NCBI RefSeq assembly: GCF_963921235.1
Contig: NC_086097.1
Coordinates: 61,196,001-61,260,000, forward strand
Origin: Mobula hypostoma
Lineage: Eukaryota
Length of the DNA: 64,000 nt
Direction: 5' to 3'
Shown here: positions 35,307 through 46,863 of the stretch, one piece after another
Numbering within the stretch: the stretch's first letter is position 1
How the letters are laid out: each line of letters starts with the position of its first letter
Translations under genes and position numbers: made by a program
Notes under the pieces: model-generated
What the model was told of the DNA's origin: nothing
The model's database searches: none
What the model saw: the letters and a program-made list of their open reading frames with translations, nothing else

Positions 35307-38134
35307 AGTCAAGTCAAGTCAAGTTGTTTTTTATTGTCATTTCGACCATAAACTGCTGGTACAGTATACAGTAAAAACGAAACAACGTTCCTCCAGGACC
35401 ATGGTGCTACATGAAACAACACAAAACTACACTAGACTACAGACCTGCACAGGACTACATAAAGTGCACAAAACAGTGCAGGGCAGTACAATAAATAATA
35501 AACAAGACAATAGGCACAGTAGAGGACAAATTACAATATAATAATAAATGATGTTGATGTCAGTCTAGTCTCTGGGTATTAAGGAGTCTGATGGTTTGGG
35601 GGAAGAAACTGTTGTACAGTCTGGTCGTGAAAGCCCGACTGCTTTGGTACCGTTTGCCAGATGGCAGAAGGGAGAAGAGTTTGTATGAGGGGTGCATGGG
35701 GTCCTTCACAATGCTGTTGGCTTTATGGGTGCAGCATGTAGTGTAAATGTCTGTAATGGCGGGAAGAGAGACCCAGGTGATTTTCTCAGCTGACCTCACT
35801 TTCTGCTGCAGGGTCTTGCGATCTGAGACGGTGCAATTCCCGAACCAGGCAGTGATGCAGCTGCTCAGGATGCTCTCGATACAACCTCTGTAGAAAGTGG
35901 TGAGGATGCTGGGTGGGAAATGGACCTTTCTCAGCCTTCGCAGAAAGTAGAGACGCTGTTGGGCTTTCTTGGCTATGGAGCTGGTGTTGAGGGACCAGGT
36001 GAGATTTTCCGCCAGGTGAAAACCAAGAAATTTGGTGCTCTTAACGATCTCAACAGAGCAGCCGTCAATGTTCAGCGGAGAGTGGTCGCTCCGTGCTCTC
36101 CTGAAGTCAACAACATCTCTTTTGTTCACATTCAGAGACAGGTTGTTGGCTCTGCACCAGTTCGTGAGCCGCTGCACCTCCTCTCTGTATGCTGACTCAT
36201 CGTTCTTGCTGATGAGACCCACCACAGTCGTGTCATTGGTGAACTTGATGTTGTGGTTCGAGCTGTGTGTTGCAGCACAGTCGTGGGTCAGCAGAGTGAA
36301 CAGCAGTGGACTGAGCCCTGGGGGGCCCCGTGCTCAGTGTGATGGTGTTGGAGATGCTGCTTCCAATCCAGACTGACTGTGGTCTCCCAGTCAGGAAGTC
36401 TAGGATCCAGTTGCAGAGGGAGGTGTTCAGGCCCAGTAGGCTCAGCTTTCCAATCAGTTTCTGAGGAATGATTGTGTTGAATGCTGGACTGAAGTCTCTG
36501 AACAGCATTTGAACGTACTTGTCTTTTTTGTCCAGGTGGGTTAGGGCCAGGTGGAGCGTGCTGGCGATGGCGTCGTCTGTTGAACGGTTAGGACGATACG
36601 CAAACTGCAGGGGGCCCAGTGAAGGAGGCAGCAGGGTCTTGATGTGCCTCATGACGAGCCTCTCGAAACGCTTCCTGATGATGGATGTGAGTGCGACGGG
36701 ACAGTAGTCGTTGAGGCAGGACACTGAAGACTTCTTCAGCACGGGGACGATGGTCGCGGCCTTAAAGCATGTTGGAACGATGGCATTGCTCAGGGAGATA
36801 TTGAAGATGTCAGTGAGAACATCTGCCAGCTGGTCTGCATATCCTCTGAGCACTCTGCCAGGAATATTGTCTGGTCCCGCAGCCTTCCGTGGGTTGACCC
36901 TGCATACAGTTTTCCTCACATCAGCCACGGTAAGACACAGCACCTGGTCATTGGGAGGAGGAGTGGTCTTCCTTGCCACCACATCATTTTCCACCTCGAA
37001 ACAAGCATAAAAGTTGTTCAACACATCTGGGAGGGAGGCATCACCAGCACAGGAAGGTGGTGTTGTCTTGTAGTTGGTGATGTCCTGAATGCACTTCCAC
37101 ATGTGCCGCGTGTCGCCGCTGTCCTGGAAGTGGCTGTGGATGCACTGGGCGTCTGCACGCTTTGCCTTTCTGATGGCCCAGGACAGTTTGGCCCTCGCTG
37201 TTGTTAGGGCTGCCATGTCCCCTGCTCTGAAGGCGGAGTCACGGGTTCTCAGCAGTTCACGCACCTCCGCGGTCATCCATGGCTTCTGATTAGCGCATAT
37301 AGTGATGGTCTTGGACACAGTGACATCATCAATGCACTTGCTGATGTAGCTAGTCACTGATGCCGTGTACTCCTCTAAGTTGGTGGAGTTGCCATCGGTT
37401 ACAGCCTCCCTGAATATGTGCCAGTCAGTGTGCTCAAAGCAGTCTTGAAGAGCAGAGATGGCTCCTGCTGGCCAGGTTTTCACCTGCTTCTGAACCGGTC
37501 TGGAGCGTCTGACAAGTGGTCTGTATGCAGGGATAAGCATAACAGAGATGTGGTCTGAGTAACTGAGGTGGGGGCAGAGTTCCGCACGGTACACATCAGG
37601 GATGTTTGTACAAACAAGTTCCAACGTGTTCGCCCCTCTCGTTGCAAAGTCTACATGCTGATAGAATTTGGGGAGAACTGACTCATGGTTCGTGTGGTTA
37701 AAATCTCCAGCGACAATAAACAGTCCCTCAGTATGTGCATTCTGCAGTTTGCTAATAGCCCCATACATTTCACAGAGCACCTCCTCAGCATTAGCACTGG
37801 GGGGAATGTACACACCGACTATAAGGACAGTGGTGAATTCCCATGGTAAATAAAATGGTCTGCATCTAACAGTCATAAACTCCACTAGTGATGAGCAGTA
37901 ACTAGAGACCAGCACACAGTTCTTGCACCATTCCATGTTAATGTATATACACAAGCCACCACTGCGAGCCTTACTGCATAGAGCTGCATCTCTGTCAGCC
38001 CGAAACAAAGCGAGCCCGTCTAACTGAAAGACGGCGTCTGGAACTCTGTCGCTAAGCCACATTTCCATGAAAACGAAAGCACAGCAGACTCTGAACTCCT
38101 GCCAAGTAGTCAACTGGAGTCGTATGTGGTCCAA
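35307..38134 (-). mobile_element. Rex1/Babar-like LINE, 5'-truncated (endonuclease + RT + C-terminal domain)
   Basis: ORFs 36233-38134 ([27 protein letters not shown]) and 35560-36225 (QRLYFLRRL). FADD is altered to FTND; (GACTT)n tail; possible TSD TTTACA. Confidence 0.9.
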
Positions 38135-38851
38135 TTTACAGCAATAATGGTAACTGGATAATGTCTACAGTGTGTCTCAGCAAGTGCTTTTTTTCCGTTA
38201 GTGTTAAAAGGATATCTGAGGAAATATCACAAGTGTGTGAAGTTATCCAATTAGGAGAAAAAGTATATAAATATTGAGAGTCATTCAGGTTTATCAGGAA
38301 TATGGTAAAGAACATCAAGAAGCCATGAAAGAAACAAGTTGTAAGTCTGTTTCTCCAGCTTCGGTTTTTGCAATAGACAACTTGCTTGTCTGTAACTTGA
38401 TAGAATGTCATTTTAGTTTATAGGAATTGTACTTGTATCTTGGAAATCCTTAATCCTTTAAGCTTAATGTTTATGGTTTAGAATTGGCTTGAAATTTGGA
38501 AATGTTTTATAATGTTCCAAGATTCAAGATAATAATTCAATGGATCAAGATAAGGTAGGAATCCCCCGTGAATTTTAAACGAGTTTTAAGAATATTGTTT
38601 GGATTTAAATGTATATCAATAAAAATAGTGAACTGTGTTTCAAACTACTTTGATAACTCAAAATATTTTCTCCTTGGTAGGGAGAGGGGACCCACCACTC
38701 AGATAGTGCGCATTGGCAGCTAAACTCACCATGGAGAATAGACCCATCGGCAGTTCCACTTCTTGCTGCTGTGGCACACTTAATTTGTCATCCTTGTGAA
38801 AATGTACACATTAGTGCAAAATGCAGGGTGACTCAGCTATCCCTGCTGACC

Positions 38852-39075
38852 AACAGGAATTCTGCAGATGCTGGAAATTCAAGCAACACACATCAAAGTT
38901 GCTGGTGAATGCAGCAGGCCAGGCAGCATCTGTAGGAAGAGGTGCAGTCGACGTTTCGGTCCTGACGAAGGGTCTAACGCCTAGTCCTGAGGAAGGGTCT
39001 CGGCCTGAAACGTCGACTGCACCTCTTCCTACAGATGCTGCCTGGCCTGCTGCGTTCACCAGCAACTTTGATGTG
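38852..39075. mobile_element. Palindromic PLE-terminus mini-insertion with hammerhead motif
   Basis: 14-bp TSD TATCCCTGCTGACC (38838-38851, 39076-39089). 70-bp inverted arms 38888-38957 / 39007-39076, near-identical to 17157-17226. Confidence 0.88.
38982..39019 (+). ncRNA. Minimal hammerhead ribozyme motif (GUC triplet)
   Basis: TAGTC-CTGAGGA-AGGGTCTCGGCCT-GAAA-CGTC^GACTG. Confidence 0.78.
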
Positions 39076-41701
39076 TATCCCTGCTGACCTTCTTGTTTCT
39101 CAGTCCTCCTAAATATACCAATACACACAGAGAAAAGACAGGAAGAATAATCTGACCTCATGTTCAAATTCTGCCAGTATCATTTTCCTTGCATTATTAA
39201 TCACCTTCATGCTCTGCAGAGATCTCCCTGTATTCCATCTTTTCGTTATTGTTGACACCTTCCATTAGCCGTTGCAATATACAGGCTTCTTTGCTTCCAC
39301 GCCAAAGCTTCTTCGTCCGCCCTTCAGCCAGATGTAACTTGCCTGAGGTGTCAATAAATTCTGCTGCACTTGACAAACCTTCCCGGGCCAGAAGCTGCTT
39401 CTTGTGCTGCAAGTCCTGCTGCTTGATATGTGTGCTGTTGGGATTTTCAAAGTCTGCTTGCATTTTCAGTGGCTGTAACAATTTATAGACGGAATTTCCC
39501 CTTTCAAGGTTACTGCTAGCCGTACGGCCTTGAATGCTAAAGCAGCTTTGCATCAGGAAAAGGAGCGAGGATTGAGTGAGGAGATGGAAATTCCATTCCT
39601 ACAAGTCGACTTGGCCCATGATTCACTTTAGATGTCATTATTAAAGGCAGCCACTTACATTATATTATTTTGTTTTGCAATTCCACTTAAGTACCAATCA
39701 TAAAAGAAAGGTGGGCACTCATTGCAAACTGCATAAGTCTTGCAGTTTTGCTTCTGATTTTCTCTATGCATCAATTCACACAGGACACTGAACAGACCAA
39801 ACATGTGACAACCACCAGAATCCTGGGCGTTGCCAGTGTGACCATACACACAGTAGCCACTTTATTAGGTAAACCTGTATACCTGTTCATTAATACAAAT
39901 ATCTAATCAGCCAGTAATGTTGCAGCAACTCAATGCATAAAAGCATGGAGACACTTTCAAGAGATTCAATTGTTGTTCAGATCAAACATCAGAATGGGAA
40001 AGAAATGAGATCTAAGTCATTTGATGGTAGAATAATTATTGGTGTTAGACAGGATGGTTTGAGTATCACAAATGAGTATCACAGGATGGTTTGCTTATTA
40101 CTTGGAATTTTCATACACAATGGTCTCTATAGTTTATAGAGAGTAGTGCGTAAAACAAAAAAACATAAGGATAAGTAGCAGTTCTGTGGTAAATATGCCA
40201 TGTTACTGAGAGAGGACAGAACAGAATTGTGCATTTAATATTTCAATAATATTTTAGTAATGTAAATATTTTATTTCACCAAGCATGCTTGTTCATTTAA
40301 ATAATTCATTATGGATTATAGGCATGCCTCACTTACAGTAAAAATTACATTAAATTAGACTCACATTCCAGGCTCCTTGTTTCCTTTGAGTTAGTTTTAT
40401 ATTTTATGTTTTAGAGTTACAAAACATAACAGTGTTGATGAGAAAGTTTAAACAAACCACAAAGACTCCCCTCCTGTTGAAGTGCAGTGAGATGATTGAG
40501 TTTTATAAAAGCACAGTGAGTAAAAAAAATCTGTGCAGCATGTACTTCTTCAGGAAGAGACAGAGACCATCAAGTTAAAAAAAAGGCAGAGAACAGAAGA
40601 ATTCACAGATTCATAAACAGTGAGTACTGGGTGATAATAATCATAAAAAAAGAGCTGAAAGGACTGGCTACTTGGAAAGATTGACATACTTAATTACGCA
40701 ACAGATAACTGGCTCCTGCAAAGTGTACTAATTGAGCAGTGTTTCGAAGCAAATGAAATAGCCAATAAGAACGAATGTCAATTTTGCTGAGTGCATTGGA
40801 TTTAAAGGCCTACAGTTTGCTTAGAAGTTTGACTGCTTCAATTAAACCAGCAGAAATGAGCTTTGCTAATATTATGAAAGTAATGCATGAATATTCAGAA
40901 ATGAACCCATTTTTGATTGCAGAATGCCTTAGGTTTCATAAGTGAAATCAAAAGGAAATGAGTCCATTTCAGCATACATGGCTGAATGGATGAACTTGTC
41001 TGAGCATTGTCAGTTCAATGATGGGCTTAATAAGACAATGAGAGATTGTTTAGTTTGTGGAATCTTACAAGAAAGCATTCAAAAAACATTCCTAACTGAA
41101 GCACCACTCATATTTATTTTTTTTTAGATTATGAGAACATTCAGTCCTCTTTTATTGCCATTTAGAAATGCATACATGCATTAAGGAATGATACAATGTT
41201 TAAAGGAGAAGTGGAAATAGCTGTATCAATAAAGTCAGCAGAGAAGCAATTGAGTTGCAATCAGGAGTGAAAATGAACGTGTACATAATTACAGCATCTA
41301 AACAGAAACCAACCAGGCTGAATAAATTTTGATTCCATTGTGGCAGGGGTTCAAAGAGACCAGGCCAAACTAAATTTAAAGATGAAACTTGCAGAAAATA
41401 CAACAAAGTAGGACACACACAAAAAGCATTTTAGGCTGATAAAAATAAATGACCTGCACGGGGAAGAGAAAAAGATAAAATGTCAAGTTGCAGTTTCATA
41501 AAGAGCACTAACCAGTATGTCATTAATGAAAAATCTGATAGTGATGAGTGTGACACAGGGCTGAGTAGCCTGAGGATTTCCAATGTGAAAACTAACAACA
41601 AACATAGAAACATAGAAACATAGAAAATAGGTGCAGGAGTAGGCCATTCGGCCCTTCGAGCCTGCACCTCCATTTATTATGATCATGGCTGATCATCCAA
41701 C

Positions 41702-44700
41702 TCAGAACCCCGCCCCAGCCTTCTCTCCATACCCCTTGACCCCTGTAGCCACAAGGGCCATATCTAACTCCCTCTTAAACATAGCCAATGAACTGGCCTC
41801 AACAGTTTGCTGTGGCAGAGAATTCCACAGATTCACCACTCTCTGTGTGAAGAAGTTTTTCCTAATCTCGGTCCTAAAAGGCTTCCCCTCTATCCTCAAA
41901 CTGTGACCCCTCGTTCTGGACTTCCCCAACATCGGGAACAATCTTCCTGCATCTAGCCTGTCCAATCCCTTTAGGATCTTATACGTTTCAATCAGATCCC
42001 CCCTCAATCTTCTAAATTCCAACGAGTACAAGCCCAGTTCATCCAGTCTTTCTTCATATGAAAGTCCTGCCATCCCAGGAATCAATCTGGTGAACCTTCT
42101 TTGTACTCCCTCTATGGCAAAGATGTCTTTCCTCAGATTAGGGGACCAAAACTGCACACAATACTCCAGGTGTGGTCTCACCAAGGCCTTGTACAACTGC
42201 AGTAGTAGCTCCCTGCTCCTGTACTCGAATCCTCTCGCTATAAATGCCAGCATACCATTCGCCTTTTTCACCGCCTGCTGTACCTGCATGCCCACTTTCA
42301 ATGACTGGTGTATAATGACACCCAGGTCTCGTTGCACCTCCCCTTTTCCTAATCGGCCACCATTCAGATAATAATCTGTTTTCCTATTTTTGCCACCAAA
42401 GTGGATAACTTCACATTTATCCACATTAAATTGCATCTGCCATGAGTTTGCCCACTCACCCAACCTATCCAAGTCACCCTGCATCCTCTTAGCATCCTCC
42501 TCACTGCTAACACTGCCGCCCAGCTTCGTGTCATCCACTAACTTGGAGATGTTGCATTTAATTCCCTCATCCAAGTCATTAATATATATTGTAAACAACT
42601 GGGGTCCCAGCACTGAGCCTTGCGGTACCCCACTAGTCACCGCCTGCCATTCTGAAAAGGTCCCGTTTATTCCCACTCTTTGCTTCCTGTCTGCTAACCA
42701 ATTCTCCACCCACACCAATACCTTACCCCCAATACCGTGTGCTTTAAGTTTGCACACTAATCTCCTGTGTGGGACCTTGTCAAAAGCCTTTTGAAAATCC
42801 AAATATACCACATCCACTGGTTCTCCCCTATCCACTCTACCAGTTACATCCTCAAAAAATTCTATGAGATTTGTCAGACATGATTTTCCTTTCACAAATC
42901 CATGCTGACTTTGTCCGATCATATCTCCGCTTTCCAAATGTGCTGTTATCACATCCTTGATAACTGACTCCAGCAGTTTCCCCACCACCGACGTTAGGCT
43001 AACCGGTCTATAATTCCCCGGTTTCTCTCTCCCTCCTTTTTTAAAAATTGGGGTTACATTAGCCACCCTCCAATCCTCAGGAACTAGTCCAGAATCTAAC
43101 GAGTTTTGAAAAATTATCACTAATGCATCCACTATTTCTTGGGCTACTTCCTTAAGCACTCTAGGATGCAGACCATCTGGCCCTGGGGATTTATCTGCCT
43201 TCAAACCCTTCAATTTACCTAACACCACTTCCCTACAAACATGTATTTCACTCAGTTCCTCCATCTCACTAGACCCTCTGTCCCTTACTATTTCTGGAAG
43301 ATTATTTATGTCCTCCTTAGTGAAGACAGAACCAAAGTAATTATTCAATTGGTCTGCCATGTCCTTGCTTCCCATAATCAATTCACCTGTTTCTGTCTGC
43401 AGGGGACCTACATTTGTCTTTACCAGTCTTTTCCTTTTTACATATCTATAAAAGCTTTTACAGTCCGTTTTTATGTTCTCTGCCAGTTTTCTCTCATAAT
43501 CTTTTTTCCCCTTCCTAATTAAGCCCTTTGTCCTCCTCTGCTGAACTCTGAATTTCTCCCAGTCCTCAGGTGAGCCACTTTCTCTGGCTAATTTGTATGC
43601 TACTTCTTTGGAATTGATACTATCCCTAATTTCTCTTGTCAGCCACGGGTGCACTACCTTCCTTGATTTATTCTTTTGCCAAACTGGGATGAACAATTGT
43701 TGTAGTTCATCCATGCAAGCTTTAAGTGCTTGCCATTGCATATCCACCGTCAATCCTTTAAGTGTCATTTGCCAGTCTATCTTAGCTAATTCACGTCTCA
43801 TACCTTCAAAGTTACCCCTCTTTAAGTTCAGAACCTTTGTTTCTGAATTAATTATGTCACTCTCCATATTAATGAAGAATTCCACCATATTATGGTCACT
43901 CTTACCCAAGAGGCCTCTCACGACAAGATCGCTAATTAACCCTTCCTCATTGCTCAAAACCCAGTCCAGAATAGCCTGCTCTCTAGTTGGTTCCTCGACA
44001 TGTTGGTTCAAAAAACCATCCCGCATACATTCCAAGAAATCCTCTTCCTCAGCACCTTTACCAATTTGGTTCACCCAGTCTACATGTAGATTGAAGTCAC
44101 CCATTATAACTGCTGTTCCTTTATTGCACACATTTCTAATTTCCTGTTTAATACCATCTCCGACCTCACTACTACTGTTAGGTGGCCTGTACACAACTCC
44201 CACCAGTGTCTTCTGCCCCTTAGTGTTACGCAGCTCTACCCATATCGATTCCACATCTTCCCGGCTTATGTCCTTCCTTTCTATTGCGTTAATCTCTTCT
44301 TTAACCAGCAACGCCACCCCACCTCCCCTTCCTTCATGTCTATCCCTCCTGAATATTGAATATCCCTGAACGTTGAGTTCCCATCCCTGGTCACCCTGGA
44401 GCCATGTCTCTGTGATCCCAACTATATCATAATCATTAATAACAATCTGCACTTTCAATTCATCCACCTTATTACGAATGCTCCTTGCATTGACACATAA
44501 AGCCTTCAGGCGCTCTTTTACAACTCTCTTAGCCCTTGTACAATTATGTTGAAAAGTGGCCCTTTTTAATGCTTGCCCTGGATTTGTCGGCCTGCCACTT
44601 TTACTTTTCTCCTTTGTACTTTTTGCTTCTACGCTCACTTTACACCCCTCTGTCTCTCTGCACTGGTTCCCATCCCTCTGTTGTGAACTAACCTCCTCAC

Positions 44701-44734
44701 GCCTAGCCTCTTTAATTTGATTCCCACCCCCCAA
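41702..44734 (-). CDS. CR1 ORF2: AP endonuclease + reverse transcriptase, 1010 aa
   Basis: NARSIRNK, ITETWL, GDFN, SDH, QHGF, YLDFQKAFD, SGVPQGSVLGP, SKLVDDTK; no stops. Confidence 0.95.
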   Translation of the reverse strand: MGGGNQIKEARREEVSSQQRDGNQCRETEGCKVSVEAKSTKEKSKSGRPTNPGQALKRATFQHNCTRAKRVVKERLKALCVNARSIRNKVDELKVQIVINDYDIVGITETWLQGDQGWELNVQGYSIFRRDRHEGRGGGVALLVKEEINAIERKDISREDVESIWVELRNTKGQKTLVGVVYRPPNSSSEVGDGIKQEIRNVCNKGTAVIMGDFNLHVDWVNQIGKGAEEEDFLECMRDGFLNQHVEEPTREQAILDWVLSNEEGLISDLVVRGLLGKSDHNMVEFFINMESDIINSETKVLNLKRGNFEGMRRELAKIDWQMTLKGLTVDMQWQALKACMDELQQLFIPVWQKNKSRKVVHPWLTREIRDSINSKEVAYKLARESGSPEDWEKFRVQQRRTKGLIRKGKKDYERKLAENIKTDCKSFYRYVKRKRLVKTNVGPLQTETGELIMGSKDMADQLNNYFGSVFTKEDINNLPEIVRDRGSSEMEELSEIHVCREVVLGKLKGLKADKSPGPDGLHPRVLKEVAQEIVDALVIIFQNSLDSGLVPEDWRVANVTPIFKKGGREKPGNYRPVSLTSVVGKLLESVIKDVITAHLESGDMIGQSQHGFVKGKSCLTNLIEFFEDVTGRVDRGEPVDVVYLDFQKAFDKVPHRRLVCKLKAHGIGGKVLVWVENWLADRKQRVGINGTFSEWQAVTSGVPQGSVLGPQLFTIYINDLDEGIKCNISKLVDDTKLGGSVSSEEDAKRMQGDLDRLGEWANSWQMQFNVDKCEVIHFGGKNRKTDYYLNGGRLGKGEVQRDLGVIIHQSLKVGMQVQQAVKKANGMLAFIARGFEYRSRELLLQLYKALVRPHLEYCVQFWSPNLRKDIFAIEGVQRRFTRLIPGMAGLSYEERLDELGLYSLEFRRLRGDLIETYKILKGLDRLDAGRLFPMLGKSRTRGHSLRIEGKPFRTEIRKNFFTQRVVNLWNSLPQQTVEASSLAMFKRELDMALVATGVKGYGEKAGAGF

Positions 44735-44739
44735 CCATT

Positions 44740-45060
44740 CTAGATTAAAGTCACCTCAGTAGCCCCCGCCAATCTCCCCGCCAGGATATTGGTCCCCCTA
44801 GGATTCAAGTGTAACCCGTCCTTTTTGTACAGGTCACGCCTGCGCCTGAGGTCCCAATGATCCAAAAACTTGAATCCCTGCCCCCTGCTCCAATCCCTCA
44901 GCCACGCATTTATCCTCCACCTCATCGCATTCCTACTCTCACTGTCGCGTGGCACAGGCAGTAATCCCGAGATTACTACCTTTGCGGTCCTTTTTCTCAA
45001 CTCCCTTCCTAGCTCCCTATATTCTCCTTTCAGGACCTCATCCCTTTTCCTACCTATGTC
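44740..45060 (-). CDS. CR1 ORF1 C-terminal fragment (SGNH esterase-like)
   Basis: KVVISGLLPVP...FLDHWD...DGLHLNPRGTNIL. Confidence 0.8.
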   Translation of the reverse strand, partial: DIGRKRDEVLKGEYRELGRELRKRTAKVVISGLLPVPRDSESRNAMRWRINAWLRDWSRGQGFKFLDHWDLRRRRDLYKKDGLHLNPRGTNILAGRLAGATEVTLI

Positions 45061-45417
45061 AAGAAATATGGCTTATATCAGAAGTGGACATCATATTAAT
45101 TAAAATGGAATTGGATACTGTCTCAGCTGTTTATGTAATTTCATAAAACGTCTTTGAACAACAGTTTGAAGATGCCGAACTGAAGCCTTCAGATATCTAA
45201 CTAAGAGCTTATACTAAATAAAAAGGTAACTCCTGTGGGAATGATATTCGTAACAGTTAAATACAATGACCAACAAGCTACATTGGGCTTGTTTGTGGTA
45301 AAAACAAGAGGGCCAGCATTGGTGGGATGGGATTAGCTAAGACAGTTATACTGTAACTTGATTGGAAATCCATCCACAATTGAAAGCAAATTTAAGAAAG
45401 TACTGGATGATGCCACA

Positions 45418-46138
45418 CCAATCTCCATGCTGTACACCATGAACCATTGCCCAACAGCTGGAAAACAGGTGTTGCTTCCAACGTCCATGCCTTGGTGGGA
45501 AAGCATATTGGATGAAGGAAAGACAATGTTGCTCAGGGCTAGGAGGAAACATAAAAGTACCAAAAGCAGAGGTCTTACACAACAGCTTTGTAGGCAACAT
45601 ATCAAAGAATGCTTCTGATACATTAATCAGGCAGTTATTTGCAAAATGTGGCTTGTTTCTAAGATGGAAGACAATTCAAGGAGCTTCAGGAAAGTTGCAA
45701 GCATTTGGGTTTTGTGAGCATACAGAATCAGAATCTAATCTGGTTGCATTAAGATTATTGTATGAATTTCATGGGAGTCAAAAAAACTGCTTGTAAGAGT
45801 ATATGCAAAAACTTGATGCATGGGAAGACAAAAAGAAAGGAGTCAATGGAGATACAAAAACAAAGTTTTCATTATATAATGTTGTGGATCAGGAAACAAA
45901 GAGGTGAGATCAGATCATAAAGGGAGCAACAGAAAGATTAATAAGAGAATACTCTAGTGAACTAAATGCACCTTCCCAAGATCAAGATGCACATTATAGA
46001 AAGAAGAAAAAGGAATTGGAAGAGCATAAACAAGATCTAATTTCTCAAGAAATTAGCAAATTCAGAGATACTCACAAGACCTAAAAGAAAAGGGAAGGCA
46101 AGAAAGAGAAAGACAAGCAATTAAAAAGGAGAAGAAAG
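45418..46138 (+). pseudogene. RBM25: Processed (intronless) RBM25 fragment: RRM and following region
   Basis: FVGNISKNASDTLIRQLFAKCGLFLRWKTIQGASGKLQAFGFCEH..E, DQETKR*DQIIKGATERLIREYSSELNAPSQD, KQDLISQEISKFRDTHK; stops and frameshifts present. Confidence 0.92.
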
Positions 46139-46863
46139 GTATCCAGAGCTATCAGAACCACTTCCTTCAGTCCCAGAGTCCACCACGGAGGAGGGATCAG
46201 ACTCTGAGTTTGTTCCACGTTTCACCTGCCAAACAAATTTGATCCCACTTGTCAGGAAAGACATTATCTCACAAGAGTGAGAAAGCCTTCACAGCAATTA
46301 AATATTTAGGACTGAATGGGACAATTTAAATGCACTATGCTGTGGATGTCTGTATAGTTGTTACATTATATATTATACAGTGTATATAGTTGAGATGCAT
46401 TCTATATTGAGTTGGAGTTTATAGCTAAGCAGGGAGGAGTGTTGTGTATTAGATATTACAGTAATATTTAAGTAATATTGCAAATATATTGTTTGATTAA
46501 GCATTCTTGTTCATTTAAATATTTCATTATGGATCATACGTAAAAGTACATAAATGGCATATGTCACCATGCCATCATACGTGCACACCTCCCTTAAAGT
46601 AAAAATGAAGTTAGACACACTTTTTCAGCTCCTTGTTTCCTTTGAATTAGTTTTATGTTTTGGAGTGACAAAGCACAGCAAGAATGATCACACCAGTTAA
46701 AACTGACAGAAAAGTAACAGTAACACAAATAACCATGCATTGCAACTGTGGTGTACGGAAGTGCATCTCTGAGCACACAACACGTCAAACATTGAAGTGG
46801 AGGGGCAACAGCAGCAGAAGACCATGAATATATACTTAGTGGCTACTCTATTATGTACAGGAG

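Larger units (their letters stand above)
41601..45060 (-). mobile_element. Young CR1 LINE, 5'-truncated in ORF1, inserted in Gypsy A
   Basis: (TTTCTATG)n tail at 41601-41626, open ORF2 and an ORF1 esterase C-terminus (DGLHLNPRG). Confidence 0.95.
40228..46680 (+). mobile_element. Gypsy LTR element A (old; gag-protease remnant; pol replaced by RBM25 cDNA)
   Basis: LTRs 40228-40431 and 46440-46680; TSD AGAAT (40223-40227, 46681-46685); PPT AGCAGGGAGGAG. Gag ESISAYMAE..LSEHCQF..RDCLVCGI; protease KMELDT. Confidence 0.85.

Noticed and set aside
38811..39167. Mirror ORFs on both strands
   Set aside because: Artefact of the inverted repeat.
42090..44369. Plus-strand ORFs up to 258 aa
   Set aside because: Antisense shadows of the open CR1 ORF2.
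45512..45796. Functional RBM25 gene
   Set aside because: Fragmentary, with stops and frameshifts, and embedded in an LTR element.
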